DNA from: Macrostomum lignano
Taxonomy: Eukaryota
Reading direction: 5' to 3'
Assembly (NCBI GenBank): GCA_002269645.1
Contig: NIVC01001183.1
Span: 1-64,000 of the forward strand
DNA length: 64,000 nucleotides
The notes under the pieces were generated by a model. That model saw only the letters and a program-made list of their open reading frames with translations. It ran no database searches and had not been told where the DNA came from. Below are positions 37,501 through 48,664 of the stretch, in pieces (position 1 is the first letter of the stretch; each line of letters starts with the position of its first letter). Position numbers and translations under genes: made by a program.

Positions 37501-39823
37501 TCAAAGGGGAATTTAGCTTCCAATTTAAAATCTTTAAAGGGGAATCGAGACTCATAGAAAACTGAGAATCAGAGGGGAATTTAGTCTCCAACTGAGAATC
37601 AAAGAGGGAACTTTAGCCTCCAACTGAGAATCAAACAGGGGAATTTAGCCTCCAACTGAGAATTAAAGAGGGGAATTTAGTCTCCAACTGAGAATCAAAC
37701 AGGGGAATTTAGCCTCCAACTGAGAATCAAAGAGGGGAATTTAGTCTCCAACTGAGAATCAAACAGGGGAATTTAGCATGGAACTGAGAATCAAACAGGG
37801 GAATTTAGCTTCCAACTGAGAATCAAAGAGGGAACTTTAGCCTCCAAATGAGAATCAAAGAGGGGAATTTAGCTTCCAACTGAGAATCAAACAGGGGAAT
37901 TAGCCTCCAACTGAGAATCAAACAGGGGAATTTAGCCTCCAACTGAGAATCAAACAGGGGAATTTAGCCTCCAACTGAGAAGCAAACAGGGGAATTTAGT
38001 TAGCCTCCAACTGAGAAGCAAACAGGGGAATTTAGTTAGCCTCCAACTGAGAAGCAAACAGGGGAATTTAGCTTCCAACTGAGAATCAAAGAGGGAACTT
38101 TAGCCTCAAAATGAGAATCAAACAGGGGAATTTAGCCTCTCACTGAGAATCAGAGAGGGGAATTTAGCAACATACTGAAAGCCTTAAAGGGGAATTTAGA
38201 CTCCCGAATAAAAATCTGCAAGGGCAATTCAGCACCGACAAAGTAACTTCATGACGCAATCAGTATAACTCACAAGAATTATAATTTTTATTATGCAACA
38301 CAAAAAATAAAAGAAACAATCTCAACTAAGCTACTAACCAGCTGAGTAGGCTGAAACGATTGCAAATTCGGATCGTAGCGAAAAGCGCCACCATCGATGC
38401 CCTGCAAGCAGTAGAGCAGCTCTCTCAGCAGGTCCAGCTCTGACAGATCGCCAGTTGAATTCGCCGACTGCCTGCCCTGCGGCTGCTGCCGCTGTGAGGC
38501 GCTGTTGTTGTTCAGCTGACGGGCGCTGACACTCCTGGCTAGGCCGCTGGTGGCTCCTCCATCGGAGGAGGCTGCAACAGCGTCCGGAGGCGCCAGCAGC
38601 GCGGCAGACGGCGACCGGGACATGCCAGCAGTGCCAGCGGCGCTCGGCATCAGCTGGGTGGCGCTGCGTTTCACCTGCTGGCGAGATGCTGTCGACGAAG
38701 GAGGCGGCGGAACTGGCGGCGGCTGTCGCTTGGTGAACAGTCGTATCAGCTGCTCCTTCTGGGCCCCGTTAGCAGCCTGATGAGTGCCGGCAGACTCGCA
38801 GGACATCCTAAACAGGAACTGCTGCAGCTCCACCGGCCTGCGAAAGTACCTGGCCTCGCGCAGCGACCGCCGCAAATTTCTATAATTAGCAACGTCCAAT
38901 TCGCGATGCTGTTCGCGAAATCGCCGGCACAGCTGATCGTCAATGTCCGCCTCGGTGAACACTTCGCCAGTGTCGTGGGCGTCGATAACTCGGCAGCAGA
39001 ATTGCACCTGGCGGCGAAAATATAAAAACTATATGTAAATATTTGCAGCTTTGTGGGTTGCACGCACTCATACACTCGATCACACAAGATGTACAGCGAC
39101 CCTGACTGTCTAATCGTCAGGCACCACAGATACTAAAATGACTAGATGAGCCACTCAGGCATATATACTCAGCAAAACAGCTTTCTACTTTCAGTTCAGT
39201 AGCAAAGAAGAATATAAAAGCTATTTTATAAAAATAAAGGCGGCTGAAATGACTTTGATAAGTTTAAAAGACCAAAAGCTTGCAGGCGTAAACAGATTGC
39301 TAATTGGACAAGCAATAATGTACATTAGCCAGCCACTGAAATGTACATGGCAGCTTTAGGCTGGAATTCCTAGAAAGGCAATAAAAAATGGGGCGAGACG
39401 GAGGGGTGGTGTGGAAAGGCGCGGTTGGAGGCTTTAAGCTGGGGCCGGGGGTAAGAGCCAATAAATGAGCCTTGGCTTTAAAAATACATTAAAATGCTTA
39501 AGTTTAACTTACTACTGAACTGAAAGTAGCTTACACGCAAATTTGCTGAGTGGCCCGTTTAGTTATTCTAGTTATCCGTGCGTGTACACAAGCCCTAAAT
39601 GAATGTGTTTGCGCATAGAATCAAAGCAGGGGTCGTCCTGTAACCTCACCTGCCGACGGAGCTCTGGCGAGTCTGCCTGCAACCTGCAGGTTTCGAGAAT
39701 TTTCAAGCACAGCCGCTGAACATTGCTAGCTATGGAGTGACCGCCGTAGCTTCTTGGCGCTGAATTGGCGCTGCTTCCGCTGCCGCCGCTTCCGCCATTG
39801 GCAGCAGCCTCTCCAGCTAACAT
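25507..39823 (-). CDS. TUBGCP3: Gamma-tubulin complex component 3, 6 exons in transcription order: 39823-39650, 39007-38339, 37419-36839, 35771-35331, 34992-34400, 25943-25507
   Basis: GCP3 motifs: LLYCLQGIDG, ECGWLHRKIK, GQSFCAAL, TLKRLAVW, KKGGALVS, WILDGELEDTCQEFFV, KILLTGKAINFL, RRYLLLGQGDF, GDTGWDVFSL.Y.VDGPL, YLRAFNFLWRSKRME, EMAHFVQQFQYY..FETLECAW, SLRFLSTRIDFNGHY. Junction phases are consistent. Confidence 0.95.
26021..26038 (+). other. Primer binding site complementary to a tRNA-Arg 3' end
   Basis: TGGCGACCACGCCAGGAC. Its reverse complement GTCCTGGCGTGGTCG-CCA resembles metazoan tRNA-Arg 3' ends. It lies ~320 bp upstream of gag. Confidence 0.8.
32624..32900 (+). repeat. Truncated 3' LTR of the Gypsy element
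   Basis: Starts TGTAAT right after the PPT. Aligns with 42906-43190 until the 23-bp minisatellite takes over at ~32898. Confidence 0.85.
32898..34360. repeat. 23-bp minisatellite ccatagattagcaatccacaga(a/g), about 63 copies, in the last GCP3 intron
   Basis: Highly homogeneous array abutting the truncated LTR and ending ~40 bp from the exon 5 donor. Confidence 0.98.
35020..35215. repeat. 20-bp minisatellite gcttgggtgagattttg(g/a)ta in GCP3 intron 4
   Basis: About 9 copies. Confidence 0.92.
35920..36810. repeat. 35-bp minisatellite aggggaatttagcactcagttactgatgaacagaa in GCP3 intron 3
   Basis: About 25 copies with higher-order variants. Confidence 0.96.
37470..38200. repeat. ~32-bp minisatellite ggggaatttagcctccaactgagaatcaaaca in GCP3 intron 2
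   Basis: About 20 copies; shares the ggggaatttag core with the intron 3 array. Confidence 0.94.
39185..39529. mobile_element. Candidate MITE in GCP3 intron 1
   Basis: Perfect 18-bp inverted repeat ctactttcagttcagtag (39185) / ctactgaactgaaagtag (ends 39529). No clear TSD. Confidence 0.45.
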
Positions 39824-40974
39824 GTCAATCAATCAGTCAGTCAGCTGGCTAATTTCGTGTAGTTATTGAAATCGTTTTCTGATATCAAGTTTGTTTAATT
39901 TATCTGGAAAATAATGAAAATTGAAATGTTCTTGATTTATTGTTTAAGTTTCATATAAAGAAATATTTTGCTTTTGAAAAAAATAAAGCAATTGGAATTG
40001 ATTCTTCACAATCCAAAATGGAAGATCCCAACTATAATACCAAATTTATTAAATGACCCAAATAGGAGTAAAGTTGCTTTCTTATACTGTAGTTATAGCA
40101 TGATTTGCTAAGACTATATTGCAGTATTTAATATATTAGCTCACTATTGCTAGGGATTGCATGCACTTATATCTATGATAGGCACCTATACTCTATATAC
40201 GCTAAACTGTTAGAACTATATTGCAGCATTGAATACAATAGCCTATTCTTATTATGAATTTTGACTATTATATACATTAATATTCTTTAAATTACTGGGA
40301 CATGTTATAGTATTGCTTACAATAGTCTACTCTTATAAAGACTTAAAGTGCTAGATATACAACTATCTCCTCATGTGCAACTAATGCACCAAAATTAGAA
40401 ACACTAAGAAATTTGAAACTATCAACTATAATTAATTACCAGAGTATAAAGTTATCTACTCTCAATTTACCATCTTTCTATTTAATTGAGGATATTTAGA
40501 CTTCATGTCTAAAGATGCCAATGGTTTAAGGAAACATGTTATACAAACAATAATAAATCTGATAGATGATACGAGTAGTTGATTAAGAAAATAAAGATAA
40601 TATGCAAATGTTCATTTTACACTTATTCTCTCTCAACTTTCTTAAAATGTTGTAGTTTTACCCTACCTTGACTATACCCATTGTATATAAAGGGGGCTAA
40701 TATATCCAAATTATAAATTGGATGATTGGTTAATAACTTTTTGCTCTTGTAATTATCAGTATAGCTGACTGTTGTAGCATCTGCAAACCAATGTACAACC
40801 TTGTGAACATGCACTTCTCAATCTCTGTCATGATTGCCACCAATGGATATATTAAGTTTGCCTAAAAGGTACAGTTTGCCTGTGCATATATATATATATA
40901 TACTGCATGTACATAGTATACAAATTTCATGTCCCTGGAAGAGGGAGACATTTGCCTAGAAATGCCCTACATAT

Positions 40975-41760
40975 ATATGCTACAAGCCAGATAGTGTCTA
41001 ACTGGACAATGTCTAGCCAGACAGTGTCCAGCCAGACTATTTCTAGCCAGATGGTTTCTAATTAGATGGTATCCAACCAGAGATATCTAGCTAGATGTGT
41101 CCAACATGAGATAAAACTTAAAACCTTCAACAGGAAGGTCTGTAATAGATAAATAGGCTTGAAAATACATGTACTCTATATAGAAGTAGGTACATGTACA
41201 TGTAGATGCATATATATATATTTATATGGCACCATAATTAAAATGGATTAATAGGCATTTTTAACCAACTAGGCAATAAAGGACTCTCTAAAGCAGCTGA
41301 TGTTTCTATCTTTTTTGCCTAGCCACACCATGCGTGCAATATTTGGCTACTTAGTGCAGTAGATGTAGGACCTATAGATGTACCATGTATACAAATATGC
41401 CAAAGCCATTTGGCCAGACCACCCAATTTGGAGTGTCCACAATGTTAGCATCTACAAGTGTAGCATGCAGACAAAGAATAAGGTTGAACTTGAAGGCTGG
41501 CACTGTCATTTGAAAACACATGTCTACAGAGGCCAGTTATAGCTATACATGCTTTTAGAGCTGCTTTACAAAGAGGCTCTATTGGCAAACATATAGGCCT
41601 AGCTACCTAGCTTATTTTGCAAGGCAAAAATGGCCAAATGAAATATGCCAAGTATTGTCAAATAGACAATCAATTGAAAGCAATATATTGCAAATATGAC
41701 GATTAGGAGCTGACACCTATGGAGCTTCTCCAAAAGTGCAGCATGGTATATTAAATTTTT
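40975..41760 (+). mobile_element. Decayed MULE (Mutator-like) transposase C-terminal relic, preceded by ~15-bp degenerate tandem repeats
   Basis: ~41420-41620 translates WPDHPIWSVHN..QTKNKVELEGWHCHLKTHVYRGQL*LYMLLELLYKEAL, resembling the MULE WSV..RTNN..EGWH..L..Y.LL..L..EA block. Several stops. Confidence 0.65.
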
Positions 41761-42905
41761 AGTTTTCAAGTCTAATTTTTTAATTCTTTAGTTTTTATAG
41801 TTTAGAGACAGTATTAGAGTTTTTTTCATTTTTAAAAATGTTTGAATTTTAAATTTTTTATTTTAATTGTTATTTTAACTTTAATTTTGCATAAAAATGA
41901 ATATATAAATAACCATGCATTTGCTTTAATTTTAATTTCAAAATAGGCTTTTGTATTTCATTTTTATATTTTTTAGTATTAGTATTTTGTATATACCATT
42001 TTTAATACTATTAGTATACATATAAATATATTAGATAGTCAAATAACAAAATTTATCAACAATGTCTAATAAGGTAGCTTTGTTGACAAATTTGGTGGAA
42101 CCCTACCAGAGTAGCTATCCAATCTATCCAATTAGCTTTTAGAAAAAATGGTATGGCAGATAGCAATATAATACATGTATATAGACTTGTTGTTTAAATA
42201 ATTTAAGGACAGTTTTTTGATAATGTATATACTTGATAAAATCAAAATACTCCTTTAGAAATCTAAAAGCAAAATAGGCTTAGAATCTTTTAAATGTGAC
42301 ATGAAAAATATGAAAGTTGTCTTTGCAATGATTAGCCCTAGCTGCCTAGGCAGATATCCAAAATTGTTTGTTTGCTAATCCAACAGATTCAAATTAGGCC
42401 TAAAGGAAAAAAGAAGCTCATCAACTAAACTGGTAGTTTGCCTAATAGATGCTGGATTCTTGAAGAGAAAAAGAAAAAGAAACTCCGTTTTGTCTCTCTT
42501 TGCTGTTTGTTTAATCTGCCAACTAATTGCTAGGCCTATGTTATGTTTTATTGCTTAGTTTCATAGGTGATAGGCCTAGTCAATTTGTGGTTTTTATCCT
42601 AATTGCAAATATCGGCCAACTCAGCTCATATTTTCTATTCTTTTTATTAGGGCCTATAGGAATAAATTTAGTAACTTGACATACTTAAATACAGTTCAAA
42701 AGAACGATGCACGCTAAAAATTGATTTTTTCGCACTTTTTAATTTTTATATCTGACTCTCCAGCTAAATTTATTTGAATAATCCGAGTTACTTCTCCTCG
42801 ATTAGGCCCTAATCTACTTCAGCTTTTGGAGACAGGAAAGAGGAGACTGAGGAGAGTAAGGAAGTGGCTAGATAAATCTCCGCTCCGGAATGATTCTAAA
42901 TCTTG

Positions 42906-43433
42906 TGTAATAAAATTATAGCTCGATTTTGAAATCTTGCACTTTATTTAGAATTTCTTAGTTTTATATTGTATTTGTATTATTTTCCATATATACCCCT
43001 CATTCTGTAATATTGTAGTAGTATATTCGTACGTTATCTACTTATTTTGTTATTATTTAGTTTATAAGAAATTTATTCAAATTGAAAAGAGCGTCGCGCT
43101 GGGACGGTTCGACGGTCAACTCGGGCTACTGGATCGGGAGTCACAACGTAGCTTAGCGTCTTAACACTTAATAACAGCATTCATTAGCATTAGATTTTAG
43201 CATTAGAGCCTTAGGTTTATCCACTTTAGTATTCTACTTCATTAGATCATTGACGTTAATAAAAACGCCCAACTAAATTAGTCACAGTTGCAGTCAATCG
43301 TTCGAGTGCTCGCTCAAGTTACTAGCATATTGAATTGAATTACTTCACTTATTATTATTCAATTCGACTTCAAATCTGATTGCCATACTTGTTATCGACT
43401 TTATTATTTTTGGAGAAAATAATTGGCGACCAC
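42906..43433 (+). mobile_element. LTR (~520 bp) of the same Gypsy family followed by a 10-nt PBS stub; no internal region
   Basis: tgtaataaaattatagctcg.. is homologous to 32624-32900 with substitutions and small indels. It is followed by tggcgaccac at 43424-43433. No TSD found and the 3' end lacks a clean CA. Confidence 0.8.
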
Positions 43434-44400
43434 ACCTAGTTTCTATATCCAATCCTACTACACAGTACACATTCGAGCCCAACATTTTGAAAATTCAAAC
43501 AAGACCCAAACCAAACCACTTTCTTTACATTTGTGGTTCGTTCCTAGAAATAATAGCTCGTAAAAAGCAGTATATTGAAACAAAATAATAAGTATTCCTT
43601 ATATACGCATGAATGTTACGGTAATATCAACAGTGAATGGCCGTTTAGTGGCTAATATAATCTGGTAGGCTATATAGTCTAGGACAAATATTAGTGGACA
43701 GTCCGATTAGTCTTAACTTTCACATAAATTCCTTACATCACTGCATATCATCCATATTCTATTACTATAAGCTGAAGTTTCGGTCATGACGCACTCTCGT
43801 TCGCTAATTTTGCATATTGGACATTGAAAAATCAACGACGTACAGAATTCCAATTAAAAGCAAGTAAGAAAGTCCGTAGCAAAAAAACTTACCATTTTTT
43901 GGCTTGGGTTTTTTGAAAAAAACTTGTTCAGACGATTTTAGGCAATTTCACTGTGTATGTATCTGGCGGTGTCTTTAAAATATAAAAGTTTATCATGAAA
44001 AAATATACATAACAATAAGGCTTAGTTATAGTGGCGCGAAGAAAAACCTGTCGGCGCTGTCTGTTTTCAATTGGACGGATAGCTGAAGGCAAATAATATG
44101 CAAAAACTAATCTAATCTATCTAATAATAATGTAAAGTTTGAATATAAAAAGCTGCAATAACTGTTAGAATTTTGAAGGCCACGAAAAGCAGACTTAATT
44201 GATAGTTCGAGTTACTTAGAGGTGTGTGGAATTCGATATTCGATATTAAATCACAGCCAATGAGTGGATTGTAAAATTTCAGGTTTTGTGGGCATAGATA
44301 GAGAAATCGAAAGAAAAAAACACATTATACAAAAATAACGAAAAAATCTCTCTATATATTACTATTAGCAGTGTCAGTTTAAAAAGTGTCAGTGTCAGTT

Positions 44401-47400
44401 TCACAAATCGTCCAGCGCGTTGGCAAAAGCAGCCAAATCGTGCAGCGATTCGAATACGAAAAACTTGTCCAACAGTCTGTAGAAAGCTTCTGGCGCGCTC
44501 CGCTTGCAGCCGCATAGAAAGTGCATCTCTTCGCCAGCCAATTTGCCAGCAGACGCGGCGGCAGCTGCCAAATTCAGGCTGCGCTCCTCTGCCCAGCGCT
44601 GTGTCTCGTCAGCCGACCAGGAGCGCAGGCCGGGCGTTCTCGAGCCGGCGCCTCCGGCTGTTGAAGACGCCGATATCGGCGGCAAAGTCGGATAAGCCGA
44701 CGGAAACTGGTGCTCTCGGCCGGTGCTGCCCAGCGAAGCAGCCGACGAAGGCCGGCTGGCGCCAACTGGCCGAGCAGACGCAGCCTTCACCGGAGCAGCT
44801 GCGCCAACTGACGACGAAGCGGCGGCGGCGGCGGCGGCCTCCGCCGGCTCGTGCACAATCTTGGACGCCGCTCTGGCCTCGGACAGCACCCGTAACAGTT
44901 CGTTGATTTTAACATCGAACGAATATTTACCGGAGAAATCGTAATACAAATTGGCGCCAAGCATCAGGCCAAGCCAGCCGGTTGGCTTGTACTTCTGTTC
45001 CAGCAGTAGAGGCACTACTTTCTTGCCTAGCCGCCAGGCGTATTCGGCTTCAACTCGACAGTTATTGGAATCTTTGTACTTGCGACTCATGCACATCAGT
45101 ACGGCGTAGGAGCACTCAACAGCGTCCGCCATTGCGCTGAGAGTGGAGCCTTCGCCCATGCGCTCGTAGTCTATCCACACCTGTCAGGTGAATGGAATGT
45201 ACATATAACATTGAGGGTGCTGGTGAGGGTGCTGGTGAGGGTGCTAGTGAGGGGTGCTAGTGAGGGGTGCCAATGGGGTGCTAGTGAGGGGTGCCAATGG
45301 GGTGCTAGTGGGGTGCCAATGGGGTGCTAGTGGGGTGTCAATGGGGTGCTAGTGAGGGGCTCATTGTGCTCGTTCCCATTAACCTCACAGCGCTAAAGAT
45401 CGGCTCACCCGAATGCCAGCCTTAGCTAGCGCTTCCTTGATCCGAGCCACTGTGGCCTTGCACTCGTGCTGATAGCTGATCATGACGTGCTCGCCTTGCA
45501 GCACGCAGGCCGGCACAGTCTCGGGGTCAGTTGAGGTCGCCCGACGCCTCAATTGGCGCGCCGTCTGCGGACGGTGTGAGGCGGCCGACTGGCCAGGCTT
45601 CGAGTCGCCGCTGCCTCGGGAGGCCGCAGTGGGATTCGACAGCTGCTCGTCCAGGTTGAAGTCCAGGCCCTGCCGTTTTCGGGAAAACTGCTGCTGATTA
45701 TGCTGATCTAGCAGCCAATAAACACATCTAGCACCCAATAAACACATCTAGCAGCCAATAAACACATCTAGCACCCAATAAACACATCTAGCAGTCAATA
45801 AACACATCTAGCACCCAATAAACACATCTAGCAGCCAATAAACACATCTAGCAACCAATAAACACATCTAACAATCAATAAACGCATCTAGCACCCAATA
45901 AACACATCTAGCAGCCAATAAACACATCTAGCAACCAATAAACACATCTAACAATCAATAAACGCATCTAAAAAACTAATAAACACATTTAAAAATAAAT
46001 AAACACATCTAAAAACCGATAAACACATCTAGCAACCAATAAACACATCTAGCAGCCAATAAACACATCTAGCAATATATTGACACATCTAGCAATCAAT
46101 AAACACATCCACGGGCATCAAACGTACCTGCAGCGACCGGGCCTCCCGCCACCGTCCGCGCCCATCCTGCCGCTGTGTCTGGTCGGCCATGAGGACTCTC
46201 AGACAGTCGCCAAACTCGGCCAGAATTCTCTCCCGGTTGGCCGGCAGGAAGCTCAAAGTGAACAGAATGTCTAAACCGGCTGCTACTTCGTCTTCCCGAC
46301 CGCCGCTGCACATTCTAAGCAGAGCCGGGAGCAGATCCGTCTCCATTAGCAGAGTCTTATTGACATCGTTCAGTGCTAAGCGGTTGACGCACTGGGCCAG
46401 TTCTATTGTGTGATAGCCTTTGGAACGGCGGTCCGGTCGGCTGATTGAATCAGCCAGGTGGCCAACTAGGAATTCCATCACTTCTTTGGCGCCAAGGTAC
46501 AGATCGGCCTGCAATAATCATACCATTGATCTAAATCCCTGCGAATCTAAGCACTATCAACAGTTCAATGCGCTTATAAATTTTATAATAAACTTTTATA
46601 CGCATAATTATACAATCCGTCACTACCTCAATCTATCCCTATCTCAATCCGCTCCTATCTACCTCAATCTACCCCTATCTCAATCCGCTCCTATCTACCT
46701 CAATCTATCCCTATCTCAATCCGCCTAATCTACCTCAATCTACTCCCTATCTCAATCCGCTCCTATCTACCTCAATCTACTACTATTTCAATCCGCTCCT
46801 ATCTACCTCAATCTACTCCCTATCTCAATCCGCTCCTATCTACCTCAATCTACTCCCTATCTCAATCCGCTCCTATCTACCTCAATCTACCCCTATCTCA
46901 ATCCGCCTAATCTACCTCAATCTACCCCTATCTCAATCCGCCCCTATCTACCTCAATCTACTCCCTATCTCAATCCGCCTAATCTACCTCAATCTACCCC
47001 TATCTCAATCCGCCTAATCTACCTCAATCTACTCCCTATCTCAATCCGCCTAATCTACCTCAATCTACCCCTATCTCAATCCGCCTAATCTACCTCAATC
47101 TACTCCCTATCTCAATCCGCTCCTATCTACCTCAATTTACTCCCTATCTCAATCCGCCTAATCTACCTCAATCTACCCGTACCCCAATCCACCCCAATCT
47201 ACCCGTACCCCAATCCACCCCAATCTACCTCAATCTACCCGTACCCCAATCCACCCCAATCTACCTCAATCTACCCGTACCCCAATCCACCCCAATCTAC
47301 CTCAATCTACCCCCTATCTCGATCCACCCCAATCTACCTCAATCTACTTCCTATCTCGATCCGCCCCAATCTACCTCAATCTACCCGTACCCCAATCCGC

Positions 47401-48530
47401 CCCAATCTACCTCAATCTACCCCCTATCTCGATCCGCCCAATCTACCTCAATCTACCCCCTATCTCGATCCGCCCCAATCTACCTCAATCTACCCGTACC
47501 CCAATCCGCCCCTATCTACCTCAATTTACCCGTACCTCAATCCGCCCCTACCTCGATCCGCACCTACCTCAATCAATAGTGCCTATCCTTGATAGTGATA
47601 AATCAAGACCATGGACAACAGACAAAGACCAGTCCACAAAGACCTCACCTGACTCTCGTCCAAAGCGAACGCAATCAGTATTAGCGCGTGAACTTGCAAT
47701 TCAACGTCGGAACTTTTCAAATACGGTTTGACAGAATCGACCACGCCAACCCGGGACAGGACGTCATAAATCTCAGAGTTATTCTTAAAGAACATGTTGT
47801 AGGTCAGGCCTAGCAGGCTATTGACAGTAGCTTTAGCCAGCTCCTGGTCCTGCTTATCGTACCAACCCACCAGAGCCGGGATTACCATCTCTGTGAAGAA
47901 GAATTCAGACTTCGATAAAGTAACACAGAATGATACGCTGCAGTCCGTGTAATTATGAAAATTCCCCAGTATCAATGTCGCATAGATTCTCTCGTGCTCA
48001 AATTTGGTCTCATCTTCGGCTGATTGGCTAACGAAAGCGTCATCGCGATGCTGCTGGAATAGGTAGACTGCGCACCTGCACAAGCTGTCAATCAGACCTT
48101 GGAATTCGGCAAGTTTTGCTCCAGCCTTCTCTCTGTAGCCAGTCAGCTGCTTCTCCGTCATCTTGAATTTGCCCATCTGGCCATAGAACTCGTACAGCCA
48201 AGACAGGTACTCAATTAGGGGCCTAGGCTGAGCCGTGGCCTGTTCAGGCGTGTGAGAGGTCATGTACTTCTCAAAGTTAGTTAGAAAATTGCCGTAATTA
48301 TTGATGACCTTGGTTAAGAATGTTTGATACTCTTCATCTGTTTGAACTCTGACTGACTCTTCTTCGGATGTCTTCTGCTTTTGTTGCTCTTGTTGCTGCT
48401 CTTGTTGCTGCTCTTGTTGTTGCTGCTGCTGCTGCTCATCAGTCTTCTTTTGCTCGTCTGGCTTTGCCTCGCCGCTTTGGCCTGCATCGCCGCTTGGCTT
48501 GCTTTTGTTTGCCTCGCTTGAGGAAAACAT
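44401..48530 (-). CDS. ARM/HEAT-like repeat + TIR (TIR_2 type) + C-terminal SAM-like domain protein, 4 exons: 48530-47649, 46508-46128, ~45700-45409 (acceptor uncertain), 45180-44401
   Basis: TIR motifs HVMISY, VWIDYERM, MADAVE.S..VLMCMSRKYKDSNNCRVEAEYA, KVVPLLLE..YKPTGWLG, LYYDFS. Helical ARM-like segments precede it (NRLALNDVNKTLL, LDILFTLSF). The tail WSADETQRWA..GEEMHFL resembles a SAM domain (weaker call). There is an N-terminal poly-Q tract. Confidence 0.85.
45215..45360. repeat. Short G-rich repeat ggggtgctagtg/ggggtgccaat in TIR-gene intron 3
   Basis: Imperfect tandem copies. Confidence 0.8.
45705..46110. repeat. 20-bp minisatellite aacacatctagcagccaata in TIR-gene intron 2
   Basis: About 20 copies running up to or into exon 3. 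Confidence 0.93.
46620..47570. repeat. ~33-35 bp C-rich minisatellite (ctacctcaatctacccctatctcaatccgc) in TIR-gene intron 1
   Basis: Tandem copies whose unit drifts along the array. Confidence 0.93.
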
Positions 48531-48664
48531 GGCACCAATTCAGCTGCGGAAATTGCAAATAAATCCACCCCAAATAAAATAAAGAAATAAAGAAAATAAA
48601 GAAAATAAAGAAATAATAAAGAAAGACAAATAAAAAGACAAATAAAGAAATTGCAAATAAAATT

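Noticed and set aside
40020-40860. Possible second decayed transposase on the minus strand
   Set aside because: Too eroded; I could not read a convincing motif.
44401-48530. Calling the TIR gene SARM1
   Set aside because: The domain order and TIR sequence type differ from SARM1 (no tandem SAMs before the TIR), so no symbol was given.
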